Assembly: GCA_903877935.1 (NCBI GenBank)
Contig: CAIRGA010000213.1
Coordinates: forward strand, 1-52,976
Reading direction: 5' to 3'
Source: an uncultured Hyphomicrobiales bacterium
GTDB taxonomy: Bacteria > Pseudomonadota > Alphaproteobacteria > Rhizobiales > Beijerinckiaceae
Length of the DNA: 52,976 nt
Shown: positions 9,926-20,748 of the stretch, piece after piece
Layout: the number at the start of each line of letters is the position of its first letter
Numbering within the stretch: position 1 is the first letter of the stretch
Notes under the pieces: model-generated
Seen by the model: the letters and a program-made list of their open reading frames with translations, nothing else
What the model was told of the DNA's origin: nothing
The model's database searches: none
Translations under genes and position numbers: made by a program

Positions 9926-11929
9926 ATGGCGATTCTTCTAGGAATTGATACGGGCGGCACCTACACGGACGCAGTTCTATTCAATGATCAAATCGGCTCG
10001 GTTGTCGCTAAAGCTAAATCTCTAACGACACGTCACGATCTCGCGATCGGCATTTCGGGAGCTGTAGATCGGGTAATTGCGCAATCTAAATTATCAGCCT
10101 CGAGCATTGAACTGGTATCACTCTCGACGACGCTAGCGACGAATGCGCTCGTAGAAGGTCAGCAACGCCGTATTGGACTAGTTATGATCGGCTTCGGCGA
10201 AGCAGATGTAAAACGCGCGGGTCTTGATGTTGCTCTTGGAAATGATCCCGTTGTTCTTTTAGATGGGGGCCATACGGTAACAGGCGATGCCGCTATGCCT
10301 TTAGATGTAGCCGCGCTTGAAGCTTGGTTATCGGGTGCAGGAAGCACGGTAACCGGCTATGCGGTTGCAGGCTATTTTTCAACACGAAATCCCGCGCACG
10401 AAATCGCCGTTCGAGCTGTCATCCGTTCCCGAACGCATCTGCCCGTCACCTGTAGTCATGAGTTAACCAACCAATTGGACGGCCCACGGCGCGCCTTAAC
10501 GTGCTTATTAAATGCCCGACTTGTCCCTTTAATCGACGGACTTATTGCTGCAACGGACAGATTTCTTGAAGCGCGTGGCATTAAAGCGCCCGTTATGGTT
10601 GTCCGCGGAGATGGCGCACTGATCGCGGCAGACGTCGCGCGAGAGCGGCCGATTGAAACAATCCTATCTGGACCAGCCGCAACGCTTGTCGGTGCAGCCT
10701 TTTTAACGGGATCAAAAGACGCTTTGGTCTCCGATATCGGCGGTACCACAACGGACATCGCCGTCATGAAGAATGGCACGCCTAGGCTCGATCCTTTGGG
10801 CGCGCGCGTTGGCGGTTTTCAAACCATGGTGCAGGCTGTGGCGATGCGCACCATCGGCCTTGGCGGCGATAGTGAAGTACGTCTCGTCGAAGAGGGGCTT
10901 TCGATTACCCTTGAACTCGGCCCTCGCCGGGCGATGCCCGTCAGTCTCTTGGCGATGGATCATCGTGACATGGTGCATCAAGCGCTTGATCGGCAGCTCC
11001 GTGCGGAAGTGGCAAGGCCGACGGATGCACGTTTCATTGTTCCAATGCTCGTGACGGACGCTGCACGTGCAGGATTATCGCCGGCAGAGACTGCCTTGTT
11101 GGCAAAAATTGGAAACGTGCCACAAGCGGTCGACAAAGTAGCCGAAACGCGTACCGAACTTGGCGCTCTCGCGCGCCTCGTGACAAACGGTCTCGTAATG
11201 ATTTCCGCGTTGACCCCATCGGATGCTGCTCATGTGCTTGGTATGCACGATATTTGGGATCGTGAAGCTGCAAAGTTAGCCGCAGAGCTCGTGGCACGTC
11301 GCCGGGGTGGTAAAGGCGACGTGCTCTTTGAGACGGCCGAGCACGTTGCGCAAGCGGTAATAAATAGGCTCGTTCGTCGATCGGCGGAAGCACTGATTGA
11401 TGTAGCGCTCGACGAGGATGGTTTCAAACTTGATCGGCCAAGTTTGCACCCCTTGATTATAGCCTCGCTTGATAAGATGCGCGGCGTTTCATCAGTTCGA
11501 TTTGATTTTAATTTACCGATCATCGGGGTTGGCGCATCAGCGCCAACCTATTATCCGATGATTGGGGAATTGTTGGGCTCTGAAACGGTTATGCCTGAAC
11601 ATGCGGATGTGGCTAATGCCCTTGGCGCCGTCGTAGGCCATGTGAAAATTACTGGTGAAAGCGTTATTTTATCGCCAGGCTCCGGACGCTTTCGTATCCA
11701 CGGTCCATCGTCTGCTCATGATTTTCATGATCTAGAAGCGGCCGCTCGTGCGGCCATTGAAGGGTTACGCAAAGACATTGCCTTGCGCGCTGAAGCCGCT
11801 GGTGCCTTAGATGCCGACATTGTCATTGATCGAAAAGACGTTTCAGCGTTTGCTGACGGCCAAGATATCTTTGTTGAAAGTCGGATTACGGCGGTGGCGA
11901 CTGGAAGGCCACGATTGGTCAAGGTGTGA
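9926..11929 (+). CDS. Hydantoinase/oxoprolinase (HyuA-like, ASKHA-fold ATPase) family protein; no HyuB partner present
   Basis: 667 aa. N-terminal LGIDTGGTYTDAVLF and a second phosphate-binding motif VSDIGGTTTDIAVM, as in HyuA/oxoprolinase A-type proteins. Confidence 0.85.
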   Translation: MAILLGIDTGGTYTDAVLFNDQIGSVVAKAKSLTTRHDLAIGISGAVDRVIAQSKLSASSIELVSLSTTLATNALVEGQQRRIGLVMIGFGEADVKRAGLDVALGNDPVVLLDGGHTVTGDAAMPLDVAALEAWLSGAGSTVTGYAVAGYFSTRNPAHEIAVRAVIRSRTHLPVTCSHELTNQLDGPRRALTCLLNARLVPLIDGLIAATDRFLEARGIKAPVMVVRGDGALIAADVARERPIETILSGPAATLVGAAFLTGSKDALVSDIGGTTTDIAVMKNGTPRLDPLGARVGGFQTMVQAVAMRTIGLGGDSEVRLVEEGLSITLELGPRRAMPVSLLAMDHRDMVHQALDRQLRAEVARPTDARFIVPMLVTDAARAGLSPAETALLAKIGNVPQAVDKVAETRTELGALARLVTNGLVMISALTPSDAAHVLGMHDIWDREAAKLAAELVARRRGGKGDVLFETAEHVAQAVINRLVRRSAEALIDVALDEDGFKLDRPSLHPLIIASLDKMRGVSSVRFDFNLPIIGVGASAPTYYPMIGELLGSETVMPEHADVANALGAVVGHVKITGESVILSPGSGRFRIHGPSSAHDFHDLEAAARAAIEGLRKDIALRAEAAGALDADIVIDRKDVSAFADGQDIFVESRITAVATGRPRLVKV

Positions 11930-12005
11930 TCGTCTCCCCCGAAAGGCGAGGTGGAAAAGCTAGCCTGTTTCATGCCATTGTCCGTCCTGTTCGAGGGGAT
12001 ATCGC

Positions 12006-13457
12006 ATGGCACTTGAGTTAAATGATCCAGTTGTCACCGACGAAACCGTATGGAGAAAGCGTGCGGAAGCCGTATTAAAAGGTGCCGATTTTGACTCAGT
12101 TTTGACGTCAAAAACCGCTGACGGTCTTCGAATCGAGCCGTTATACCCAAAGGTTAAAGGAAATCAGCCACTGATCGGGCGCGAGGCTGGCTCGCCCTGG
12201 TCCATTATGAGCCGCATTGATGACCAGAACCAGCTCCGTGCAAATACGCAGGCTCTAACCGATTTAGAAAACGGTTCAACGGGTCTCGCCCTAGTTTTCG
12301 AAAATGCTATCGGCTCCTATGGATTTGGGTTACCGACCAATGCAGAGACGGTTGTTGACGTATTGAAGGGTATTTATCTAGATGCTGGCATCGACATCGC
12401 ACTTGACTGTGGACCGCGTGGTCGAGACGCGGCACGCGCCTTTTCTGCCGCATGCAAGACACTCGGATTTCCGGCAAATACAGTTCGGGTAAGATTCGGC
12501 CTAAACCCGATTGGTCTCGGCGCGCGGGATGGCATTTTTCCAGCTGACGGCCGTAAAATTTCACAGAACATAGCTGCTGGCGTAAGTGATTTGATTGATC
12601 AAAGCTTTGCCGGGCCGTTTGTTGCGGCTGATGGACGGGTTATTCACAACGCGGGTGGATCAGAAGCACAGGAGCTTGGATTCGTTCTCGCAAATGCGTT
12701 GTTTTATTTGCGGGCTTTAGAGCTTGGCGGGTTATCGCTTGAAGAAGCCCGTGGGATGATTGAGTTCCGCCTATCGTCCGATGCCGATCAGTTTTTATCG
12801 ATCGCAAAGCATCGTGCCTTACGCCGTCTTTGGTCTAGTATTGAAGTGCAATGTGGACTTCAACAGAAGCCAATCTTTTTGACGTCAGAGACCGCCTATC
12901 GAATGATGGCGCTGCGAGATCCGTACGTGAATATCTTACGGTCCGGGATGGGGTGCTTTGGCGCTGTAATCGGGGGCGCGGATGCGATAACCGTTCTACC
13001 CTTTACAACTCCAATGGGACTTGCGGATCCATTTGCACGTCGGCTCTCGCGTAATACCAACCTTATTTTACTCGAAGAATCACATCTTGCGAAAGTTATA
13101 GATCCCGTAGCGGGCGCCGGTGGATATGAGACGCTTACCAACGGACTCGTTACCGAAGGCTGGAATGAATTTCAGAGAATTGAGGCGGAGGGAGGTATTG
13201 TTTCTTCCCTGACCTTGGGAACCTTGCAAGCGCGTGTTGCTGCTAAGCGCATTTCTCGTGAGGAATTATTCGTCCAGCAAAAATCAGTAATGGTTGGTGT
13301 AAACTCTTTTCTGAATGACGACGAAAAGTCGATTTCTGTTCTAGCGCCCACACCGACGTTGTCTAAAAATACCGTTAGCGAGTTTACCCCACTCTTTCCT
13401 GGCAGGCTTTCAGAGGCTTTCGAAAGCAATCACGTGCAAGAAGGAAGGGAACCATGA
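12006..13457 (+). CDS. Methylmalonyl-CoA mutase small (beta, MutA-like) subunit, short form
   Basis: 483 aa. The MutA-like N-terminus and barrel region ([83 protein letters not shown]) are present, but there is no DxHxxG cobalamin motif. Its stop overlaps the next start as ATGA at 13454-13457. Confidence 0.8.
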   Translation: MALELNDPVVTDETVWRKRAEAVLKGADFDSVLTSKTADGLRIEPLYPKVKGNQPLIGREAGSPWSIMSRIDDQNQLRANTQALTDLENGSTGLALVFENAIGSYGFGLPTNAETVVDVLKGIYLDAGIDIALDCGPRGRDAARAFSAACKTLGFPANTVRVRFGLNPIGLGARDGIFPADGRKISQNIAAGVSDLIDQSFAGPFVAADGRVIHNAGGSEAQELGFVLANALFYLRALELGGLSLEEARGMIEFRLSSDADQFLSIAKHRALRRLWSSIEVQCGLQQKPIFLTSETAYRMMALRDPYVNILRSGMGCFGAVIGGADAITVLPFTTPMGLADPFARRLSRNTNLILLEESHLAKVIDPVAGAGGYETLTNGLVTEGWNEFQRIEAEGGIVSSLTLGTLQARVAAKRISREELFVQQKSVMVGVNSFLNDDEKSISVLAPTPTLSKNTVSEFTPLFPGRLSEAFESNHVQEGREP

Positions 13458-15607
13458 GCCGTATACCCAATTTTGTAAACGCCAGCTTTTTTGAAATAGA
13501 GACTCAAAGAACAGATAAATCAGCAAATTCATGGCTCACGCCGGAAGGTATTCGAGTAAAGGGCTCTTATGATGAAGCTGACCGCGACGGTTTAAGCTTT
13601 GTGGACTCGTTGCCAGGCGTTGCGCCCTTCGTGCGGGGGCCTTATCCCACAATGTACGTTAATCAGCCTTGGACAATTCGGCAATATGCTGGCTTTTCGA
13701 CAGCCGAAGATTCAAATGCTTTTTATCGACGCAATCTTGCTGCTGGGCAAAAGGGCCTATCCGTTGCATTCGATCTCGCAACCCATCGTGGATATGACTC
13801 AGATCACCCTCGCGTGTCTGGCGATGTTGGTATGGCCGGGGTTGCCATCGATTCTATTTATGACATGCGGACCTTGTTCTCCGGAATCCCACTCAATGAG
13901 ATGAGTGTGTCGATGACAATGAATGGCGCAGTTCTACCTATTCTCGCGCTCTACATCGTTGCAGCGGAAGAACAAGGTGTATCTGCTGATCAATTATCCG
14001 GCACGATCCAAAATGATATCCTCAAGGAATTTATGGTCCGCAATACCTATATCTACCCGCCAACGGCATCGATGCGAATTATTTCCGACATTTTTACTTT
14101 TACGTCAAAGCATATGCCCAAATTTAATTCTATCTCGATCTCGGGATATCATATGCAAGAAGCCGGGGCGACGCAGGATCTGGAACTTGCATATACGATT
14201 GCTGATGGCCTTGAGTATCTTCGTGCTGGAATTGCAGCTGGAATAGATATCGATGCTTTTGCGCCCCGCCTTTCGTTTTTTTGGGCGATCGGAATGAATT
14301 TTTTTATGGAGATCGCCAAGCTCCGTGCCGCGCGTTTGATCTGGACAAAACTTGTTAAACAGTTCAACCCAAAATCAGAAAAATCGCTTCCATTACGAAC
14401 GCATTCTCAAACTTCTGGCTGGTCCTTAACGGCGCAGGATGTGTTCAATAATGTGATCCGTACCGAGATCGAGGCGATGGCTGCTACGCAGGGCCACACT
14501 CAGTCTTTGCATACAAATTCGCTTGATGAAGCACTTGCTTTGCCTACCGATTTTTCGGCTCGCATTGCACGAAATACTCAACTTTTTTTACAAGCAGAAA
14601 GTGGCACGACACGCATTATTGATCCGTGGGGCGGTTCTTATTATGTCGAGTGTTTAACGGCAGAACTCGCACAAAAGACGTGGGCGCATATCGAAGAAAT
14701 TGAGGCATTAGGCGGAATGGCGCGAGCGATCGAGGCGGGTATTCCTAAGCGCCGCATTGAAGAAGCTGCGGCGCGTGCTCAAGCACGTATTGATAGTGGC
14801 CAGCAGGCGGTCATTGGCGTTAATCGGTATAGACCCGCCAGTGAACAACAGATTGATGTTTTAAAAGTTGATAATTCGGCAGTTCTGGCGCAACAGCTTG
14901 AAAAGTTAAAGCGGCTAAGGACGGAGCGAGATCAGGCGGCAGTACGGGTATCTCTTCAGGCGCTAGAAAATGGTGCCCGTGGTTCTGAAAATCTTTTAAC
15001 ACTAGCAGTCGATGCTGCACGAGCAAAAGCAACAGTAGGTGAAATTTCGCTTGCATTGGAGAATGCCTTCGGCCGCCACAAAGCTAAGGCAGACGTCGTT
15101 TCCGGAGTTTACCGCAAAGAGATAGGCCCATTGAATGAGGCTTTCGATCGGGCGCGCGATAAAATTGTTTATTTTAAGGAAAATGAAGGCCGGTTACCGC
15201 GGATCCTCGTCGCCAAAATGGGCCAAGATGGCCATGATCGTGGACAGAAAGTTATCGCATCAGCATTCTCGGATTTAGGATTTGATGTTGAAGTTGGCGA
15301 CCTATTTGCAACTCCTGAAGAGGCAGCCAGAGAAGCAATTGCAAAAGATGTTCATGTCGTGGGCGTTTCGACGCTCGCTGCAGGGCATTTAACGTTGGTG
15401 CCGGCATTGAAATTGGCGCTGGAACAAGCGGGCCGTGGCGATATTATGATCGTCGTTGGCGGCGTTATTCCGGAGCAGGATTTTGCCGCGCTTTATGAAG
15501 CCGGAGCGGCTGCTATCTTTCCCCCCGGCACTGTTGTTGCCGACGCTGCAATGCGAATAGTAGACGGATTGAACGAGCAGCGTGGTTTCCATCAAACGAA
15601 ACGCTAA
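13454..15607 (+). CDS. scpA: Methylmalonyl-CoA mutase large (alpha) subunit, cobalamin-dependent
   Basis: 717 aa. [62 protein letters not shown] (MCM-type Tyr and Arg), [10 protein letters not shown] and the B12-binding GQDGHDRG motif. Confidence 0.95.
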   Translation: MSRIPNFVNASFFEIETQRTDKSANSWLTPEGIRVKGSYDEADRDGLSFVDSLPGVAPFVRGPYPTMYVNQPWTIRQYAGFSTAEDSNAFYRRNLAAGQKGLSVAFDLATHRGYDSDHPRVSGDVGMAGVAIDSIYDMRTLFSGIPLNEMSVSMTMNGAVLPILALYIVAAEEQGVSADQLSGTIQNDILKEFMVRNTYIYPPTASMRIISDIFTFTSKHMPKFNSISISGYHMQEAGATQDLELAYTIADGLEYLRAGIAAGIDIDAFAPRLSFFWAIGMNFFMEIAKLRAARLIWTKLVKQFNPKSEKSLPLRTHSQTSGWSLTAQDVFNNVIRTEIEAMAATQGHTQSLHTNSLDEALALPTDFSARIARNTQLFLQAESGTTRIIDPWGGSYYVECLTAELAQKTWAHIEEIEALGGMARAIEAGIPKRRIEEAAARAQARIDSGQQAVIGVNRYRPASEQQIDVLKVDNSAVLAQQLEKLKRLRTERDQAAVRVSLQALENGARGSENLLTLAVDAARAKATVGEISLALENAFGRHKAKADVVSGVYRKEIGPLNEAFDRARDKIVYFKENEGRLPRILVAKMGQDGHDRGQKVIASAFSDLGFDVEVGDLFATPEEAAREAIAKDVHVVGVSTLAAGHLTLVPALKLALEQAGRGDIMIVVGGVIPEQDFAALYEAGAAAIFPPGTVVADAAMRIVDGLNEQRGFHQTKR

Positions 15608-15617
15608 CTCAATTACG

Positions 15618-16715
15618 TTATTGCTGCCCTTCAAATGCTTGTGATTGTCTTGCATCGTCAGGTGCAGCTGATAATTGCGCTCCGATAGCGCGAACTGCGG
15701 CGGGAGCCTCGGCGAAGGTACCGTGTTTAAAAAAATCGCCCGTTTCAGAATTGGTCAAATCATATACCCTCACGCCTAATTTTGTAATTTCAGCGCGTTG
15801 ATCTTTGTTTGAAACATCTAGTGCGCCCAGGCGTTGACGATCGCCTGCCAATGAGCTTGAAATTGACAATGCCTTGTCGTCCGATGCCGCGAAGATTGAC
15901 ACATGGGTATAAGAGCCTACGCGAGCCAATTGTTGTTTGAAGACATCTAAATCGATATCGGGCGCAGCTAACATAACTTCTCCAAGGTGACCTCCCAAAT
16001 CTCCTTGCCCCGCAATGGCTGCCTCTCTCAAAGCTTCCATCGTTAGCCAGGTTCCCATCGAATGGGCGAGTACATGGATTCTCCCGACGCCTGGAAGCGT
16101 TCCCAGATCGGACAAAACCTGATGCAAATCGTCGCGGGATGCCATTGCATTGTCTTTGTCTGCACCATAGGCGAACATCTTATTTTGCGACGGCCAAGTG
16201 AAGAGCACTGGGACGCCTGTAAAGCCAGAATCCGTCGCAATTTGCGCTAATCGGAAACGCGCCTCGTCATAGCCTGTGTTAAAGCCATGGACGTAGACCA
16301 GAATGTCTTTGCTTGCTCCGACCCGACCTGAAAGTTGTGTTGCTATTTCGTTTCGAAATGTCTCGCGATCAAGCACGTGTTGATTTACAAAAGTAAAGTG
16401 AGATTTCCGACTTTCGTTTCCCCAACTTGGCCGCTCGATGACGCCGGTTTGATGGTCTTTGGGAATGCTGATGAGATTCATCAGATAATTTGTTACGGGT
16501 GATAATTCTGCCGTCACGCTACCGTCGGGTTTCATTTTTCGACTTGTGGCGACGAAGATTGGCATTACTTCACCTGTCATCTGGACCGATGATGCCGCCG
16601 GCATGGCAGCCATTTTTCCTGAAGTGCTCGAACAGGCCACTACGCCCAAAAGGCAGGCGCCAATCCAAATCCACTGAATTATCCTTACGGAGTGGGTTCT
16701 AGACATTCTGTTCAT
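15618..16715 (-). CDS. Alpha/beta hydrolase (DUF900-like esterase), probable lipoprotein
   Basis: Start taken at MNRMSRTHSVRIIQWIWIGACLLGVVACSS (signal peptide with lipobox-like VVAC; complement 16713-16715). Nucleophile elbow HVLAHSMGTWL. Confidence 0.75.
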   Translation of the reverse strand: MNRMSRTHSVRIIQWIWIGACLLGVVACSSTSGKMAAMPAASSVQMTGEVMPIFVATSRKMKPDGSVTAELSPVTNYLMNLISIPKDHQTGVIERPSWGNESRKSHFTFVNQHVLDRETFRNEIATQLSGRVGASKDILVYVHGFNTGYDEARFRLAQIATDSGFTGVPVLFTWPSQNKMFAYGADKDNAMASRDDLHQVLSDLGTLPGVGRIHVLAHSMGTWLTMEALREAAIAGQGDLGGHLGEVMLAAPDIDLDVFKQQLARVGSYTHVSIFAASDDKALSISSSLAGDRQRLGALDVSNKDQRAEITKLGVRVYDLTNSETGDFFKHGTFAEAPAAVRAIGAQLSAAPDDARQSQAFEGQQ

Positions 16716-16786
16716 TTTTTTAACCTGTGCGCCAAAAGTAATTTGGTCTTTTAGATTCCAATCATGACCAGAATTGGACGGCGATG

Positions 16787-17797
16787 TTATGGGCCGAGTA
16801 AGAGGGTTGACGCCCGGACAGCACCTACCGTCATCCCATTCCAGTTTTTGAGAGTAGGCCAAGCTTTCGCATCGAATGCGGAACGAGTGGCATCGTCCAT
16901 GGGAAGGAAGCGATGGAGAATTCCAGCCAATATTGCTTGCGCTGCCCGCCCTTCGCCATCGTCTGCCTTTAACGCAATGCCAAGGCCTAGCTCAGGAATA
17001 GCGGCGCAATAGACCCCCTCAGCGCCGGTTTTCATGAAAACGCGCTCACGAAATAATTCCATGGCAACGGTATCGAGACGTCCCGTTCCGGCAACCATGA
17101 ATGGGTTTGCCGCCGCTGCTTCGCGAATACGCTTGGCTGCCTTTGCGCGTTCCGGCGAAAGACACTGTCCGGTCGCCAATCGTGCAAAGCCAAGAGCTAT
17201 AGATTTTAAAGGAGCGGCGTAGGTAGGAATTGAGCAACCGTCGGTTCCCGTATAATCGTCAAGGAAACGGAAACCCATGATTTCTTCGCCGGCTGCTCGG
17301 ATCTCACGCTGAACCCGATGATTAGGAAGTATATAACCCTTTGGATCTTCATCCAATCCGCAAGCCAAACATATAAATCCAGAATGCTTCCCGGAGCAAT
17401 TATTGTGAAGCGCTGACGGCTTTTGACCCGAGGCGGCAAGCGCGCGTTCAGCTTCGCCGGAGCTTGGCCAATGTGCACCACATTCGAGGCAATCAGCATC
17501 ACGTCCGGCTTTTTTAAGCATTCCTAGGGCAGTTTCGACATGTTCCGGTTCACCGGAATGAGACGATACGGCCAGAGCAATTTCTTTTGGGGTCAGCCCA
17601 AAGCGATCAGCGGCACCGCTCTCGAGTAACGGAAGCGCCTGAAACGCTTTAACAGCGGATCTTGGAAATACCGGAGCATCGATATCGCCTAGCGAAAGGA
17701 CGATCGCGCCATCCGCATCCACCACGGCAATTGAACCCCGATGGCGTGATTCGATAGCTTGGCCACGGAGTACTTCGACGAGAACTGGATTTTCCAT
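16787..17797 (-). CDS. Asparaginase (Rhizobium-type asparaginase II family)
   Basis: MENPVLVEVLRGQAIESRHRGSIAVVD...FPRSAVKAFQALP...SSHSGEPEH...LHNNCSGKHSGF matches the non-classical asparaginase family. Start at complement 17795-17797. Confidence 0.85.
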   Translation of the reverse strand: MENPVLVEVLRGQAIESRHRGSIAVVDADGAIVLSLGDIDAPVFPRSAVKAFQALPLLESGAADRFGLTPKEIALAVSSHSGEPEHVETALGMLKKAGRDADCLECGAHWPSSGEAERALAASGQKPSALHNNCSGKHSGFICLACGLDEDPKGYILPNHRVQREIRAAGEEIMGFRFLDDYTGTDGCSIPTYAAPLKSIALGFARLATGQCLSPERAKAAKRIREAAAANPFMVAGTGRLDTVAMELFRERVFMKTGAEGVYCAAIPELGLGIALKADDGEGRAAQAILAGILHRFLPMDDATRSAFDAKAWPTLKNWNGMTVGAVRASTLLLGP

Positions 17798-17952
17798 AAT
17801 ATAGGTCTTTCTCGAACAATTGAGGGACATTTATGCTGATTTCACCACTTGCCTGTAGGCCAAGATGCGTGTGAAGGAAAGCTGTCACGTTTAACGGGCA
17901 GATGTATAGGTAATTGACCTCTAAGGCGTGCCTTTAGTTTGGAGATGGTTTC

Positions 17953-19257
17953 ATGCGGATAACAATGATTGGGTCGGGATATGTAGGCTTGGTATCAGGG
18001 GCCTGTTTTGCCGATTTTGGCCATTTTGTAACCTGCATGGACCTCAATACGGATAAAATTGATGCATTAAACCGAGGCCAATTACCAATTTATGAGCCAG
18101 GCCTCGATGACTTGGTTACGAAAAACGTCAAGGACAGCCGTCTCGTATTTACGTCCGACATGGATTTAGCGATCAAGCATGCAGATGCCATCTTTATAGC
18201 TGTCGGTACCCCTTCACGGCGCGGTGATGGCCATGCCGACCTCTCTTTTGTGTATGCGGCCGCCCGCGATATAGCGCGTCGTACGGATGGAAAAGCGATT
18301 ATTGTTACTAAATCGACGGTTCCGGTTGGAACGGGTGATGAGGTCGAACGCATCATGCGAGAAATTCGTCCGGAACTTCAGATATCGGTCGTTTCAAACC
18401 CTGAATTTTTGCGAGAAGGGGCGGCCATTGGCGATTTTAAACGGCCCGACCGTATCGTCATTGGATCAACCGACGAAAATGCTCGCCGAGTCATGACGGA
18501 GATTTATCGCCCACTTTATCTCAACGAGCCACCACTTTTATTCACGGATCGCCGAACGTCCGAATTGATTAAATACGCGGCCAACGCATTTCTAGCGGTT
18601 AAGATTACTTATATCAATGAGATAGCAGATCTGTGTGAACAGGTTGGCGCTAACGTGCAGGAAGTCGCCCGCGGTATTGGCCTCGATAACCGCATAGGGG
18701 CAAAATTTCTGCACCCGGGCCCCGGCTATGGCGGCTCTTGCTTTCCTAAAGATACACAAGCACTCGTAAAAACGGCACAAGATTCTGGCGTTCCGCTCCG
18801 AATCGTTGAGACAGTTGTGTCCGTTAATGATCAGCGTAAACGTGGCATGTCGCGGCGGATTGTGAAGGCCTGTGGCGGTGACGTACGCGGAAAGCGCATA
18901 GCGATTTTGGGGCTAACCTTTAAACCCAATACCGATGATATGCGCGACGCACCATCCATTGCATTGATTACCGCGTTGCAAGATTTAGGAGCTCACATAA
19001 CCGCTTATGATCCAGTAGGCATGGATCAAGCCGAATTGCAATTGTCCAACGTCGAATTTGCGCCCGACGCCTATGCATGCGCTAAAAATGCAGACGTCCT
19101 TGTGATTGTCACTGAATGGGATGCATTCCGTGCGCTTGATCTTGATCGGATCAGGTTGACACTAAGGGATCCCGTAATCGTGGACCTACGAAATATTTAT
19201 AGGCCAGCTGATATTAGAGCCAAAGGATTTCGCTATGTCAGTGTGGGGCGTCCCTAG
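17953..19257 (+). CDS. ugd: UDP-glucose 6-dehydrogenase
   Basis: MRITMIGSGYVGLVSGACFA Rossmann N-terminus, NPEFLREG, and the catalytic-Cys motif GYGGSCFPKD. 434 aa. Confidence 0.93.
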   Translation: MRITMIGSGYVGLVSGACFADFGHFVTCMDLNTDKIDALNRGQLPIYEPGLDDLVTKNVKDSRLVFTSDMDLAIKHADAIFIAVGTPSRRGDGHADLSFVYAAARDIARRTDGKAIIVTKSTVPVGTGDEVERIMREIRPELQISVVSNPEFLREGAAIGDFKRPDRIVIGSTDENARRVMTEIYRPLYLNEPPLLFTDRRTSELIKYAANAFLAVKITYINEIADLCEQVGANVQEVARGIGLDNRIGAKFLHPGPGYGGSCFPKDTQALVKTAQDSGVPLRIVETVVSVNDQRKRGMSRRIVKACGGDVRGKRIAILGLTFKPNTDDMRDAPSIALITALQDLGAHITAYDPVGMDQAELQLSNVEFAPDAYACAKNADVLVIVTEWDAFRALDLDRIRLTLRDPVIVDLRNIYRPADIRAKGFRYVSVGRP

Positions 19258-19305
19258 CTTGCCTATGCGGAGCGTTAATGCGGACGTGATCCAGTTTACA
19301 GCGCT

Positions 19306-19854
19306 TCATGATTTGGGACGGAACGCTTTACAGAAAGCTGGGTTCGTCTCAAGTCTTTCTCCGCCTATCAAATCGATACAGTAAGGCACGGCAGCAAAAA
19401 CGGCATCAAGACATGTTCGTATAGCCGATGGCTTGCCGGGCAGATTTATGATGAGGGTTTGTCCTCTAATGCCCGCAGTCTGACGGGAAAGGATGGCGGT
19501 TGGCACTTCCTTCAAACTGGCAGCACGCATCAGCTCTCCAAATCCTGGCATCATTTTATGACAAACCGCCTCGGTAGCCTCAGGCGTAATATCACGGAGA
19601 GCAGGTCCAGTTCCACCGGTAGTAAGAATGAGCGAACATGCCTTGTGATCGGCCAAATCGGCCAATGCCTCCTCGATCAAGACTTGCTCATCGGGAATGA
19701 CAACCGATAATGGCTGCCAGGGGCTATCCAAAAGTTCACTTAAAGCGGCAATAATGCCGGGGCCGCCCTTATCTTCATATTCACCTCGAAAGGCCCGATC
19801 GGAAACGGTCACGATTCCGATCTGTGTTGGCAATTTGTCTTGGGGTGTTGTCAT
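19306..19854 (-). CDS. mog: Molybdopterin adenylyltransferase MogA
   Basis: IGIVTVSDRAFRGEYEDKGGP, VIPDEQ, LILTTGGTGPALRDITPEAT, MPGFGELMR, PTAILSRQ and LPGKPSAI are collinear with E. coli MogA as I recall it. Start at MTTPQDK (complement 19852-19854). Confidence 0.9.
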   Translation of the reverse strand: MTTPQDKLPTQIGIVTVSDRAFRGEYEDKGGPGIIAALSELLDSPWQPLSVVIPDEQVLIEEALADLADHKACSLILTTGGTGPALRDITPEATEAVCHKMMPGFGELMRAASLKEVPTAILSRQTAGIRGQTLIINLPGKPSAIRTCLDAVFAAVPYCIDLIGGERLETNPAFCKAFRPKS

Positions 19855-19923
19855 ATCACCTATCCTTGGACTATCGAGTTTGAAAAGGCGTAGCGCGAAC
19901 CGGTTCTGTCGTGCAACAGGAGG

Positions 19924-20739
19924 ATGGAGCGCATAAGAATGGATGTTGATAAAATTGCCCGGATTTTTGGTCAAATCGCAGTAAATGCTGCTGTCCCGAT
20001 CATGATTTTTTTTAATTCTGACGGAGAAACGCGACGTAAAAACGACGGTAGTCCGGTGACCGATGCTGATCTTGCATCAGAACGCCTAATTTTGCGATCA
20101 TTAGCCGTTGAGCTTCCAGATATTCCGGTTGTGTCTGAAGAGGCGGCGTCTGAGGGCGTTTTCCCAAAGGTGCACGAGCGCTTTATTCTAGTAGACCCTT
20201 TGGATGGAACACGTGAATTTGCCCGACGCAGGACTGAGTTTGCCGTTAATATTGGACTTATCGATCATGGCATTGCCATTGCGGGTGCCATTTATGCGCC
20301 GGCGTTGGGTAAGCTTTGGATCGGCGGTCAAAATGCTTTTGCAATTAATATTGAACCAGGAGCGGCGCTTTCCGGCGCGCAAGATTTTAGAAAAATTTCA
20401 ACTCGACTATCACCGGTCGAGGCACTAAAGGCCGTTGCCAGTCGTTCCCATCCTGATCTGTTGACGGGGGAATTTCTCAACCGCCTTTCCATCGAAAACC
20501 GAGTTTCCGCAGGATCATCGTTGAAATTTTGTTTAGTTGCCGAAGGACAGGCTGATATTTATCCGCGATTTGGCCCAACCATGGAATGGGACGTCGCTGC
20601 CGGGGACGCTATTTTACGCGCAGCCGGCGGATTGATGGTAGCGGGTAATGGCAGCCCGTTTCAATATGGCAAGACGGGTTTCCATACAGGCCCATTTGTA
20701 GCTTTGGGCGACCCGAGCCTCATTCATAAAATCTTCTAA
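19924..20739 (+). CDS. cysQ: 3'(2'),5'-bisphosphate nucleotidase CysQ (inositol monophosphatase superfamily)
   Basis: VDPLDGTREF and MEWDVAAGDAILRAAGG motifs. An alternative start at 19939 (MDVDK) has better spacing to a GGAG. Confidence 0.85.
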   Translation: MERIRMDVDKIARIFGQIAVNAAVPIMIFFNSDGETRRKNDGSPVTDADLASERLILRSLAVELPDIPVVSEEAASEGVFPKVHERFILVDPLDGTREFARRRTEFAVNIGLIDHGIAIAGAIYAPALGKLWIGGQNAFAINIEPGAALSGAQDFRKISTRLSPVEALKAVASRSHPDLLTGEFLNRLSIENRVSAGSSLKFCLVAEGQADIYPRFGPTMEWDVAAGDAILRAAGGLMVAGNGSPFQYGKTGFHTGPFVALGDPSLIHKIF

Positions 20740-20748
20740 AAGGCTTTT

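Noticed and set aside
11930-12005. Possible cobalamin riboswitch upstream of the mutase genes
   Set aside because: The spacer is only 76 nt and I see no B12-box-like core. Cobalamin riboswitches are much longer and normally precede B12 transport or synthesis genes, not B12-dependent mutases.
16716-16862. Upstream extension of the alpha/beta-hydrolase ORF (and similarly 17798-17830 for asparaginase and 19855-19974 for mog)
   Set aside because: The extensions precede clear native N-termini (lipoprotein signal peptide; MENPVLVEV; MTTPQDKLPTQIGIV). They would overlap neighbouring genes or the divergent cysQ start.
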